DNA from: Epiperipatus broadwayi
Lineage: Eukaryota; Animalia; Onychophora
Assembly: GCA_028023455.1 (NCBI GenBank)
Contig: JAQFVV010000003.1
Location: 7,688,001 to 7,752,000 of the forward strand
Direction: 5' to 3'
DNA length: 64,000 nt
The notes under the pieces are model-generated. The model was not told the DNA's origin and did not search any database. It saw only the letters and a program-made list of their open reading frames with translations. Shown here one piece after another: positions 13,701-27,299 of this stretch. Positions within the stretch are counted from its first letter, which is position 1, and each line of letters starts with the position of its first letter. The position numbers and the translations under genes are program-made.

Positions 13701-14789
13701 ATTTTAGAATTTCTTGTAATGGCCAGTCATAAAACAATGTCTATAATTTTAAATTAAGTTATTCTTTTAGGCAAACATTATCTCATGGTCTAATATTACA
13801 TTAAATTGTAAGGATGCACGATTTAAACTTGCAATTAAATTAAATTATATATATATTATAGTCAATAAATATAATCCAATCCTCATAACTAATAATGTAG
13901 ATATCACATACCTAGAGATTATGGAAGTAATACAATTTTCTTATTCTTACTCCTTATTGTATGTCTTGATTTCTATATTTACATATACCATTTCCAACTT
14001 AAGCATATAAGAAAGTTGGAAATCGTATCATATATATCTAGAGATTGTGAGCCTTTGTTTTCTTGTGTGTGTTTTTTTTTTATCCTTTTTTGCTACATAT
14101 GTATTTTTTGTGTTTTTTAGCTTTTAAAATAACCATGAAATATTATTTGAGTGTAAGTTATACAAATATTAATGATATTGAAAATTTTTTATATATAATA
14201 ATTTTACATAAACCCAAACTTCCTAATTATTGGGGTCATAAAGCGCATGTTATTGTGGGATTAAGTAGTTAAGTTAACCAATCATACATTTGAAAAAGAT
14301 TAGCAATATGTTTAATGTTATATTTATTTTTTAAGCAAAACAGAATAATTACAATTTGAATAGTCTTTATACGTGGTTAATATATTTCAAGTGATCTTTG
14401 ATCAAGAAATAATATTTTACAGAGTGAGAATTTATTACTCACTTAGTCAATTTATTGTAGCATAAGAAATGTAGAGCTGCATGCCTATATCATAATGCAA
14501 TGAAATTTTTACATTATTGTAATGCATAATGATGACTATGCATATATTAAAAATATTTTTCACTTAAATGAGAATGGCAGAACTTAATATTCTCCAGTAT
14601 ACAGCTATGCTCCAACTCGATTGTACTGATCCCTGAATATCACAATAAATATATACTGAAATTAGATTCAACTATTGTTTATAGAGTGAAAATATAATAC
14701 AATGTATATTGTTTTGAATTGAATTAAGATTTATAAAACAAATACATATAATGAACACTAGAATGGTGGATATTTTTTTTTTATATAAG

Positions 14790-14900
14790 GCTTATTGTTA
14801 GATTATTGTAGAAACTTATTTTATGAGGATCTAACATTCAGGCTGGCAGAGGATCTTGGTGATGGAAAACATTTATTTACATAATTTTGTGAAAATTTGA
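14790..14900 (+). pseudogene. Possible piggyBac-like transposase relic
   Basis: GLLLDY... then DLTFRLAEDLGDGKHLFT(D)NF with a frameshift; resembles the piggyBac G-H-L-F-x-D-N-F region. Short and highly decayed. Confidence 0.25.
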
Positions 14901-15439
14901 AAGCTAGAACTTAACTTTGTTCTTCATCTTATACTTTTTAAGAGCTGGACATCTTCACTAATATTGATGTATACTTTTATACTAACAGCTTTATGAATTT
15001 TTTGCCTTGTATTATTGATATATTTATTTATTTCTACACTGGCAGTTTGGCTGATTTTTTCAAGAAGATAGATTTGATTTTGGGGATAAACGCTTCTAAG
15101 TAAGCGAACTTCTATGCATAATCTTTTTCTCTATCTTAATTTAAAATTATCTGGAGTATAATAGAATCAAAACTATATGATAAATTTAAAGAATAGTCTC
15201 TTATTTCAATTATAACTCTGGATTTTAAACCAATCTGAAACTGGCTAAAACTTAGACTTTTTTGGACAGATCTTGATGATGATATTTGTATCATGAGACA
15301 ATTGGGAATAAAATTATTCTAATTTACAATATTATTAACTTAATTCAATTAATTTAATAATGCATAAAATAATTTTATTTTTAAGTAGAAAAATCATTGT
15401 TTTTAAATTATAGATTAACTATTTGAAATAAAGTATTGT

Positions 15440-16360
15440 GTCGTGAAGCTTATAATAACTGTAATTTAATTATTTGAAAATGTAGCAAAGTGACAAGTAA
15501 GTATCTTTTCGTTCTTTTTTTTATAATAATAATTAAAACGTTCACATAAATAACAAGAATATAAATGATATTGCCAATTGCGATTTTTGCTTTAGAGAGT
15601 GATAACGCGTCTATAGTTAAAAAAAATTTTCTTTTAAAGAGGTCGCTGTTAACTTTAAGGTCTGCTTTTGTAAGTAAATCATTTATTTCTTAAAACTAAG
15701 TTTAATTTAGCCGAAGTGAATGTTTAAAATAATATTGCTAATTTTTATACATTATTGTTTAATTAATCGATTTTTTTTTGTATCTTTTATAAAAATTGAT
15801 CTCACTTTTTCATTTCAATGTTCTTAATTTTTTGTATCATTCCGGATTGTAAAAGTTTTGTGATTTTTTTTCATTTCTAGCGTCTCGTCTAACTTGTTTT
15901 GTCTAAGTTTTACACCCATTTAAATTTTGATTTATTTATTATACCATTTATTTTTGTTACTACGTAAAATAAAAAAGGGATAAGTGTTTCAAAAAAATTT
16001 TCAGTGCATATTTACTTTCTTTGCTGTCCAGGTTATTTTTAATTATACTTGTATTTAATATCTCTCCCTCCCTACTTTAATACATCTTTTAAATGTGTGT
16101 TTATTTTTAACTATTTTAGCCTTTGAAAAATTTAATTATCTTAAAATGCTTTGAAAATGACGTTATATCATTCCCATATTTATTTCCTGCAGGCAACATC
16201 CACCTACACGTGCATGTTTTATAATTTTAGTCATCCTTGAAATTATAATTACTTGTCTTTTAACTTATGAGTCCGCAGAAATATTCTATAATTTTAATTT
16301 ATAATATTTCTTGTGGTCCCAATTTTTTTTTTAATTTGCTTATTTCTAGCGTATAATATA
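15440..16360. promoter_or_regulatory. CpG-retaining island, candidate promoter/first-exon region
   Basis: About 17 CpG counted by eye in ~920 bp versus about 2 in a 1-kb background sample (4000-5000); donor-like CAA|GTAAGT at ~15497. Confidence 0.4.
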
Positions 16361-16529
16361 TATCTGACAAAAACAAGAGTAGGAAGATTTGTTATAGTTC
16401 ATTAGATCAAAATATATACACTAAACATGACCTAGAAAACACACAAAAAAAAGTGTCTTTAATAAGGCAAATTGAATGAATTAAATGAAAAAAAATGCCT
16501 TGATGTTAATAAAATAATTGAATTGTAAA

Positions 16530-17305
16530 TGTTATATATATAACCATATACTCCTTAATAAACACTTTATAATGCAATTTTAACATGATTTATTTCCTCT
16601 TGCTTACAGTTTCAACTGCCCTGCAGTTATCATCAGAATTACAACATTTGAACATATGCAATTAATACTTTTCTATACATATATAAAAACACAAACAACA
16701 ATCTAAATAGCATCTTAAATTATGGATTTTTAATATTTAAAAAAAAAAAAAATTTTATGTATTTTTTTATTCTATACCTATATTCAATTAATATAAATTA
16801 AACGTTTATTTCTTCATATTCTTACTATTTTTAAATTTGTTCGTTTTTCTAGTTAATTTCTTTTGTTTTAATTATTTTATATATTATACATGCATTTGTC
16901 AATAATAATAATATTAACAGAATATAAAAAATATTAGAATACATAAAAATATTAGTTTTTTAAAAAAATATTAAAATCCATAATTTAAGATGCTATTTAG
17001 ATTGTTATTTGTGTATATGTGTGTATATATATTTGTATGTATATGTGTATATATTGGTGTATATATATATGTATAGAAAAGTATTAATTGTATATGTTCA
17101 AATGTTGTAGCTCTGATGATGACTGCAAGGCACTTGAAATTGCAAGCAAGAGGAAATAAATCATATGTTAAAATTGCATTGTATATATATAGACTAACAT
17201 ATACAATGCAATTTTAACATATGATTTATTTCCTCTTGCTTGCAATTTTAAATTGCATTGTAAAGTGTTTGTTAAGGAGTATATGGTATATTATATATAT
17301 ATATA
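16530..17305. mobile_element. Non-coding fold-back of PLE pLTR type with two H1 hammerheads
   Basis: 16530-16750 is inverted relative to 16955-17305. HHR motifs at 16602-16641 (-, core intact: CTGATGA-T-AACTG(CAGGG)CAGTT-GAAA-CTG-TA-AGC) and 17108-17147 (+, degenerate). Confidence 0.75.
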
Positions 17306-17849
17306 ATTTATCAATGCAAATAAGGAGAAGTGGAAAGAAATTTTAATTGTTAATGTTGTGGTTCAAGTAACAAAATGATGGTCAAATGCTTCAATTAAAA
17401 AACATTTAGCTCTTGAGTCGGTGATAATTTTTTGAATTTATCTTATTTACAGAATTTAACACATTTATAATTGAGGTAAAATCATATTTGAAAGAGTTTC
17501 CAATATCAACTTGTTCCAGTTCCTAAAACTCTAAAGCCGTTTTTTTTATGATATTGTCAAGGAATGCTGAAGTAAACATAGGCATAATAACTAGATGATA
17601 AAGTATTTCAGATTAGTAATATTTTTTTTTTGATGGCACATTCTTTCAACATAATTTGTTATTATCTCAATTTCAGAAATACATCTTAAGCTTTAATAAG
17701 ATGCACATTCTTTGAATTTATCATTAATTGGAAAATCTTGAGTATAAAGGTAAATAATTGTTTTGTTTTGTTTTTTATAAAATATTTTTAATCTTAATAA
17801 CAAATCATCAAACTATCAGTTTAAATTATGATAAGAATAGCTACTGTTG

Positions 17850-19210
17850 TAGTATCATTTATTGCAGGCACTGATTATTCAGTCTTATGTTAGATGCCAT
17901 TAAAGTTGAGATCTGCTCTTGTATTTTTTTATATCTTATTCACAATTTTATAATTTAAAATGAATTTATGTTCTCTTCTAAATAGTTTTATCAAATTCAT
18001 TTTACATTAAAATAGACCTAATCACAGTATTATGATCAATTTCTTTTGGTCTAATCTTGACTTATGATTATGCATTTCAAAAAATGATCTTATAAAAACT
18101 CCTACAGTTGTTAGATGCAATAAAACTATTAATTTACTTCATAAAATGCTCTCCAATAGAAAAATTCCATGTGATGTTAAATGATTATTGTAGTTAGATA
18201 TAAAATTTTACAGAATGGTCTATCTCTAGGATTTAGTTCTCATGTACTTTATTTTATATATTCATTAATAATCTTCCAGAAACAATGTAGGAAATTCATC
18301 TATACTGATGATATTGTTGTGACTTTTTAAATGAGATCGTTATTTGAAATAGAAAAGTCTTTCAATAAGGATAATGAAAAATTTGGAAATCTTTTTTAAA
18401 TATTGGGATCTTATTTCCACTACAATAAAAACAATATGTTCAATCTTTTATCTAAACAATAGAGAAAAATTTCATAATTTGAATATAACCTTTGCAGTAA
18501 TAAATTGAAACAATCCTAACCTTTGCTATTTAGAAGTAATCTTGGATCGTAATAATTTATTTTTTTCATTCATCTAAGATTAGATCAAAATTAATTTGTC
18601 TGGCACTATCTGAAGTTGTGGTGCAAATACTTTACAGACAGCTTCCTTAGCCTAGCATATTTAACTGGTAAATATTTTGGCCCTGTAGAGAGAAAAAGTT
18701 TCCACACTAAACTTTTGAATACTTTATTAAACATTACCTTGAGAAATATTAGTGGTATATTTAAGTCTACTTCTTGCTGTTGCTTTCAGTACTTTATTCA
18801 TTCAAATCAAGATATCCTTTTTAGGTGTTCAACCAAGAATCTACAATTGAAGAATTATGATGAAGAAAATGGAATTATTATGAGATTCCAGACAAATATT
18901 TTTATCCAGATCCAACAATAAAACGGGCTGGATTTGATTTTCCTGGACAAAACCGGAGTTTCATTGTTCAGAACAATCTATGGTCATTGCTTTTATCTGT
19001 TTCATAAATGGAATTTAGCTGCTACTGATCTAAATGTGGCTAAACACAAATGATGAACCCTATAAATAATAATTATCAAATGTGTGGCAGCAATGTAGAA
19101 TTGAAGTTTTTAATAAAGCTGCTAGAGAATCCATTTCCTAGTTGGAATCTGTAAAGTTCTTTTGTGAAATTCGATAATAGTTTAGCTGTCTAACTAAATA
19201 AAATAATTAG
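17850..19210 (+). mobile_element. Decayed Ingi/Vingi-like non-LTR retrotransposon (RT and C-terminus)
   Basis: Frameshifted motifs in the expected order: LQNGLSLG (~18210), KFIYTDDIVVT (~18295), CSIFYLNNRE (~18440), YLEVILDRN, CGANTLQTASL (~18617), GHCFYLFHKWNL (~18983). Confidence 0.75.
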
Positions 19211-20367
19211 TTTGCAATTCAAAAGAATTCAGAGTATATTTGTATTTATTTACAAATGTCATTTTTCTTTGTTTACAAAAATTAAGCATCTCTGATATTC
19301 TTAATTTAGAAAAATGTTTAAATTGCATTAGTATTTAATTTTGCATTTTCTTTGAATTTATTTGAAATGAAAAATAGACCAAAATCATATCACATTAATT
19401 TGGAAATCCATTTATGTAATTTTCCAATCAATTTCAATGTCTTCAGTAAATGTTGCAAATATGCATAAAACTTTTATACATATATGCAGATTGCAACATT
19501 TATTTGTGGATATTTCTACACTTGTGATATAAAATTATAGTTCATGTATCTTTTTTTTTTATCTGTGAGTTTACATGCACCATATAACTTTTGTACTACT
19601 ATTTTAATTTTTATATAAATTATAATATGCTATAAATAAATGATATGTAAGTTTTTTTATATAATGTAATAATATTCTATAGGAAAACAAAATTTAAATA
19701 TTATTTTTTTTTAAGAATGAGAGTTCAGAGTCTGTTTTGTTTTCACCATACTTTTAATATTTACAGTTAACCAGAATATTTTTTAACTTTGAACCACTCA
19801 GATGTGTTTTTGCTTTGTTTTTATCAATTTCATTGATGAAAATAATTTTTTTAAAGAACAAAACTACAAGGCCTATAAAGTATGAACAATATAAAATGAA
19901 AATTAAAAATAATTATGGAATAACTCTGAATTAGTCCTCAAAATTAAACATGTGTGAAATATCTAGTTATAGAATGAATGTAGAGCAATTTTTTTTTTGT
20001 TTGATTCACTCATTTTAAAGTTTTATTATAATTTTTTTTTAATATATTATTGATAAAATTGTTTTTGATTACAGTATTATTTTACAAGATTTAGTTTTTA
20101 TTTTTATAATCAGGTATTTATTATGCCAAAATTATTTCCACAATGCACCAAGTATTGATGCCTGTGCCATAGATTGGCCATCGTTGTAATAAATAATGCT
20201 TATCAACATGATAAATGATAACAAAATAAATAAACAAATTAAGAATATGAAAGTTTATTGTAATCAATAAATGAAGAAATATAATGCTTATAAGATTTTC
20301 CCATCTCCCTTTCTTCAGAAATGAAATGTTATAAACTGAAATAAGAATGTCTTGCAATTCTGATAGT

Positions 20368-23300
20368 CATCATCAACCATTATCAGTTCACTGCAGGATG
20401 AAGGTCTCTCCAAGTTCAGTCCATCTTTTCATATCTTTAACTTTTTTCCTCCACACCACACACTTTCTTATTTCATCCATCCATCTCACATGTGGTCTCT
20501 TTCTGGGTCTTTTACAATCTTTTGGCATCCAGTTTAAAATTTCAATTGTCCATCTATTATCATTTTTTCTAGCAATATGTCCAGCCCAACTCCACTTCAG
20601 TCTTTTAATTTTTTCAGTGAGGTCAGTAACACCTGTTTCCTCTCTTACCCATACATTGCGTTTTCGATCTCTTTTTATTACTCCCAACATGCATCTCTCC
20701 ATACTTCTTTGAGTGGTCTGAAGTCTCTGTATTGCTCTTCTATTAAGTGTCCAAGTCTCAGACCCATAAGTAAAACTGGCAAAACACATTTATTAAAAAC
20801 CTTCCTTTTCAAACACATAGGTATATTTCCTTTTAAGATCAAGTTATTTCTACCAAAAGCATTCCAACCAAGTTTAATTCTATGATTAATTTCATCCATT
20901 ATGTTTCCATCTGTATTAATAATCTGACCAAGGTATTTGTAACTGTTAACTTCTTCTAACTCATCATAATCAATCTTTATTTTTATATTTTGAAAAAATC
21001 TCATTACTTTAGTCTTTTTAACATTTATCTTTAGACCTACTTTCATCTGATAACTCCTGCAACATTTCCTGTAGCTCTAAAGCATTATTTGCAAAAACAA
21101 CTACATCATCTGCAAAATCTAAATGACTTAAATAATCTCCATTTACTTTCACTCCTTTAGCTTCCCATTTTAATCCACAAAATACTTCTTGTAGCACTGC
21201 TGTAAAAAGTTTTGGAGATATGGAGTCACCCTGTCTTACACCCTTTTCAATGTTGATTTTCCTACTATCATTATGTAATCTAATTGTTGCTCTTGCATTT
21301 TTATAAATATTCTTTAAAATATGACAATATCCTGGATCTACACTTTGATGATCCAATGCTTTAATCACTGAAGAAATGTTTATGGAATCAAATGCCTTTT
21401 CATAATCTACAAATCCTAAGCATAATGGCAACTTAAAACCACTTAAATCCAGCTTGTTCTCTTGGTTAGTGGAAATCCAGTGTTTTCTGTGGACGAGTTG
21501 TAATTATCTTAGTAAAAATTTTGTATAAAACTGATAAAAGACTGATAGGTCTGTAATTTCTAATATCTTCTTTATAACATTTTTTAAATATTAATATTAA
21601 TACTGCATTCTTCCAATCATCTGGTACATCTTTATCATTTAGGCATTTGGTATATAACTTTGCTAAAAAAAATTCTATTTCTTCACCTGCTTCTTTTAAT
21701 ATATCAATTATAATTCCATCATTACCTGGAGCCTTCCCTTTCTTCATAAATTTAATTGCATGTCTCACTTCCTCATTCAAAATTCTGGGCAATTGGGATG
21801 ATATAATAGGTATAGGAGGCACTTGCTCTTTACTACTATATAATTCTTGATAGAAGTCTTCTACACATTTCATGATGTCATCTTTTACAGCTTTCCTTGC
21901 TAGTTCACAATTATACTTTCTTATATCATTTTCAACTATTTTCCGCACCATTTTACAAAATTTGAGATATTCAATATTTTTTAATGCATCATTGTTGTAT
22001 ATCCTCATATTCCTTCTTTTCTTCATAAATTCTCTAGTCTTGTAGAAATTTTATTGGTCAATTACTGCTTTTTGTACCAGCTATCTTTGTTGCAGTTTTT
22101 AAAAGTGTATCAGTTATTTTCATATTAATGTCATTCAAATCTGAATCATGTTCAAAATCTACTAATACTTGAAACCGATTTGTAAGTTCTAATTTAAATT
22201 CATTAGAAGGTTTCTGAAGATTAGGAATATCAACTGTAAATATTGTTTTCTTAATAATTTTTGTCTCTCTAGTTTTGCATTAACATTTATCTTACATCTT
22301 ACTAATCGATGATCACTTCCAGTGTTAAATTTATTAAGAACATTACAATCTTGAAATATGTATTTTCTGTTAGTCAAAATATAATCCAATTCTGCTGTAC
22401 CTTCATTTGGATGCTTCCATGTCCATTTTCTTTTAACATTTTTGTCAAAAAAAGAGTTCATAATATAAAGTTTTTCTTTTTCTGCAAACTCCACAAGTCT
22501 ATGTCCTCTCTCATTTCTATTACCATAACCAAAATTACCTACAGCATTTTCATCTTTCATTTGTTTATCAATTCTAGCATTAAAGTCTCCCATAGCAATT
22601 TTAAAATGTTGTTTACTCTGATTAAAAGCCTTTTGTACATCAATATAAAAATCTTCTATAACTTCATCACTATGAGAACTTGTTGGGGCATAAATCTGAA
22701 TTATCTGCATTTGGTATCTGCTATTAAGTTGTAAAACTAAGCTTACCACTCTGTCCAATACACCATCAATCTCCACAATGTTATTCTTCCATTTTTTATT
22801 TCTAATGAATCTTACTCCACTTGTATTTCCAATATTTGTGCCTTTATAGTAGAGTATATATCCACTTTTTAAATCAATTGTTTTTTCACCTTTTCTTCTA
22901 ACTTCACAATGTCCAATAATGTCCCATTTAATATAAGACAGTTCTTTTTCTAACTCTCGCAATCTTCCTTCACTTGAAAGTGATCTGCAAATTGTAAGTA
23001 CCTAAATAAAAAGTCATCAAATGGCAGCCTGGGTCTGCAATCGGGATTCTTAGCACCCTCCGCCTTCGTCCTCCAACCGCTGCCTTGGTTGATGACTTTA
23101 CAACCTCCTGGGAATAAGGGCCATGGTTTATTTTTGTCTGTCATGATTGTATATATTGGAAAAAATATTCTTAAATTCAGAGGTAAAAAGCCAATAAACT
23201 CACCACGCTGGCTAATGCGTGTTGGTGAGCAGCCCATCCATGTTTGTATACGATATGAATAATCACATAGTAATAACAGCTGCAACGACAATAACATATG

Positions 23301-23398
23301 GAGTGGACATTAGGAATTTGCCCTGCTCGGTTTCTTTAAGGCCTCCGAGAGGAATCAAAGGGTCTCCTTTCAGTTAATAGCAAACTCCTTTCTGCAGC
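20368..23398 (-). mobile_element. Near full-length RTE-clade LINE (APE + RT), frameshifted and internally deleted, 13-bp TSD
   Basis: ORFs 22189-22962 (APE: YAPTS, GDFNAR, SDHRLV), 21466-22026, 21018-21431 (YEKAFD, GVRQGD, FADD), 20678-21046, 20388-20789. GATGAT-type 3' tail; TSD CAATTCTGATAGT at 20355-20367 and 23399-23411. Confidence 0.97.
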
Positions 23399-24289
23399 CA
23401 ATTCTGATAGTAGCGATATTTTTATCCATTCATTACTTAAAACTAAGTGATACAATAAAAGTCAGATAATTTATTTGTTTAAATATAAATTATTTATATA
23501 CAGTTGACAATTTTTAAAAATACATGGAGAATTTTTTCGTAGTTTATAATTTCAAAAGTTATTGTAAAATGTTTTCTTTCTCATTTATTACAGAATTTAA
23601 AATGAATTTATTAGTAATGAAAGTCAGATATTTTCATGATTCTGTCGTAGCATAAGTTAATTATTATTGTGAAAATAAATTTTATAATATTATAACCATT
23701 ATATAGAGTAGTAATTTATTTTCATAGTTTATAAACATTTTGAAATGTTAATAATGTTTATTTTAGTAAATTGTTTTAATATAGTTATGTAGATCACAAT
23801 GAATATTTGAAAATTATTTTGAAAAAAATGAATAAAAAGTGAGAAAAAAGTATTGTATATGAAACTTTTTGAAGAGAAAAAAATTCAAGAAACTTGAAGA
23901 AAAATTATAAATAGATAGCAATCACTTTCAGAAATTTTATATGATATAAACCTTTTAAAAGTCCTTGTTCATCAGAGTTTCTTTAGTAAACGATGATGAC
24001 TTAATAATAAAATTATCAAAGAGTTTATAAGTATTAATAGCTTTGCTATCTGTTGACATAATTAAGATGTTAAACTCTTTAACAGTCTGTGAATAATATA
24101 GATAATGTGGCTGTCTAAATGTAGAAAATTGATGTTTAAAAAACATATATATATATAAATTTTCGTGTGTATGCAATTGTAAACATTCGTAAAATGATTT
24201 ATATCCATAAAATTCCTAAAATAAAATACAGTACCAAATTTAATCAAGGAAGTTGGAATGTCAAGCTAATTTAGGAGTTGAACTCTTCA

Positions 24290-24337
24290 ACTTTATGACA
24301 GATGTTTTGTGAATCTTGGTCATTCATCAGGTAAAGT
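24290..24337 (-). ncRNA. Degenerate type I hammerhead (type H4)
   Basis: ACTTTAC-CTGATGA-ATGA(CCAAGAT)TCAC-AAAA-CATCTG-TC-ATAAAGT; three G->A changes from a fully paired fold. Confidence 0.55.
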
Positions 24338-25955
24338 ACAAAAGAATTTTAAAATGCCTAGATTGGATTCAGTTAAGACTCGTATAAGTGCTGTCAATTT
24401 AAATGACGGATTATAAAATGCATTAAATATTTTACATTGAGTTTCTCTGAATAGCCAAAATGCAAAATATGATAAAATATCAGATTATGATATGATTTTC
24501 ATGACAATATGAAAAAAAAATCAGTAAATAACTTTCTAGACATCTAGAACAAAATATAATACATAACAAAGCTTATTCTTTATAAAATTATCTCTTAACT
24601 AATTGTTAAATTCCTTTAACTTTATTTTATTCTCTTTATGTATTTTTTTATATTTGTTGTTTGTTTATATTTTTTGAAAAATTCTACTGCTTAAAAAATG
24701 TTTAATTCACTTTATGTATTTTTTCATATACTATCTAAGTTTTTTTTAGTCAGTTTTTTTCACAAACTTATTTTAAGTCTCTTAATTGCTTTTTATTTTT
24801 TCTAGTCATTCATGTTTATGTTTCAGTGTTCCACAAAATAATTTCTTGATTTAGCATTGATAAGTAGGTGACATCTCTTTTATTAATGGAGAAGAATGCA
24901 TCATATCATAATTGTATTTTTATTTTATGGTTATCATATTAATCAACTGACCAATGTAGATTATCATGGGACCTTTATTCTCAAGATAAGAATATCTAGA
25001 TAGCAACCAATTATTCTGAATGATTAACTTAGATCTTGGAAAAAAGTAATAATCCTATACAAATACTTTATTCCTACAAAATTTTTTAGTTCTATCTGGA
25101 TTCAAATCCCAAGTTACATGACCATTATTCTGACATGCCATGAAAAAAAAAAAAATTTCTAATTTCTACCTTTTGTGTAATATGCATTTTCTTTCTTTTT
25201 AAAAAGTAGACTTTTTATTTGATAAACAATAATAAATAATGTAAATTATATTTTCAATTAGAAGAGTTAGAACATAAATTATAGGTTTTAAACATTCAAT
25301 GACTGATATTAAAAACTCATTTTTTGAAAGAATGTAATTTTGATGTCACAAATTTTAGTTTTAAACATTGTTTTCATCTTGTAGATTTATCTGCAATCAG
25401 TCTTATTTTTTATAACAAGTTATCAGTCAGAATAAAAAAAATTGAAAAGTTATAGAAATATTGATAGCATTTGCATCAAAATAAATGGTACAAAATTACT
25501 CATACTATAGTATGTATGAAAAAGTTGTATATACTCATATTTTTAATGCAATGTTTGTTTCAGAAACGATATATTAAAAATATATATTAATGCAAGATTT
25601 CAGTTTGTCCTCTTCACATCCACATTGCTGATATTATCGAGAAACTAAAATATATACTTCATCTAAGATATCTGTTGATATTGCTAATATTCTGCTTCAA
25701 AAGCTTGTCATAATCCAATGATGATGTTTGTAGGCTTTGTGGCATAAACTTTGAAAGAAAATCCACCAATGTTAAAAATATGAAATGTAGAATATGCACA
25801 ATAATGCTCCTCTATCCAATCCATCTCTTTGATCCAAATAAATTTTAATATAATGTTAACAATGTGGATATTAAAGTATTATTGATTATTATATATATAT
25901 TGCATATAAAAGAGATTTGAAGATTTGATATTTTCATTTATTTGATATATATGTG

Positions 25956-26215
25956 CCAATAAACATCACATGATCATCATTTCTTTTGCTTGCTTATAAT
26001 TGTTATTAACAGGCAAAACTCCCCATACAGTATTGCCACTCAGTGCAAGCCAGAGTAATCAATGGATGTCAGAAGGTTTGGGCATAAAATCACCATCTAG
26101 TGCCTATTCATCCATAGGCACTAGATGGGAATTTTATGCACAAACCTTCTGGCATCCATTGATTACTCTGGCTTGCACTGAGTGGTACTGCTGTATGGAG
26201 AGTTTTGCCTGTTTC
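25956..26215. mobile_element. Family A copy forming a ~185 bp near-perfect palindrome, 11-bp TSD
   Basis: 26030-26112 is inverted to ~26116-26212; flanking ATATATATGTG at 25945-25955 and 26216-26226. Confidence 0.85.
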
Positions 26216-27299
26216 ATATATATGTGTGTGTTTGGGTGCATGTAATTTTAATAGTAGCCTTAAAAACATAATAAAATTATAGCAAATTTTAGCACCCTCT
26301 AGCAGTGCAGATTTAAGTATTTCATATTCTTAATTATTATTTACATAAACAGACTGATATGCTTTAAGAACAAATTAATGTTTTAAGATGTGCTACAGAT
26401 CTAAACATCTGTCAAACACATCCGAATAATAGTCAGAACTTCTTTTACAAATAAATTCATGTGATATATTTTATCTTTAAAGAGTAATTATTTTATTGCA
26501 CAGTCATGTGATATTAAACAGTATGCAATAAATGAACAATGAAAGAGAAGACATTATTCATTATATTGTAATGGAATACAAAAAATCAGATATTCATAAC
26601 TGACTTTATATGTGTTGTTTGTGTTACAGGCTAATTTGTGGCCCAAGTTGGTCTACCAAAATATACCATTTCATAAAAGTGTGTGTACTTTTCTATATGT
26701 ATAGCAATAATTAGATTATTTACAGAAAATCATCCCTTTTTTATAAAAGCACTTCTATTTATCTTTCAGTCAATATCAATGAACAACCATGACGTAGATC
26801 ACAGGAACAAATAATTTAAAAATATGCAACAAGAAAGAAAATCAAGATTTATTAAAATAACATTTAATAAATGAAATAATAAGGCAAATATATGTTTTTT
26901 TATTAAAATGATAAATATAAAATTACCCTAAAAAATTAATTAATTTAAATTCTTCTTAATCTATCTTTTAATATAATTAATAATGACAATTTGGTGTTTG
27001 GAGCAATACTCTAAATATATGTGAGAATTATTATATAATAAGTGAATAGTTCATTGCAGTACTCCTAATTTTTTTCATGTCATGAAGCCTTTTATAATAA
27101 CCAAGTAACCTGTAACCCATCACATTTGTGTAAAAAAAGAGTTTTTAATTTAGTAAAGATGGTAAAAATATATTTTTGGAACATAATTCTAATCTAATAT
27201 TCAATGTGATTTTAAGTTAATATTCAATGTGATGATTGTACTTTTTTTTGAGTAATTAACTTCAATATTCATGACTGAGTATTTGTTAAAAGTAATTTC

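Noticed and set aside
20347-22734. Plus-strand ORFs 20347-20712, 20577-20885, 21647-21850, 22309-22734
   Set aside because: Antisense shadows of the RTE coding strand.
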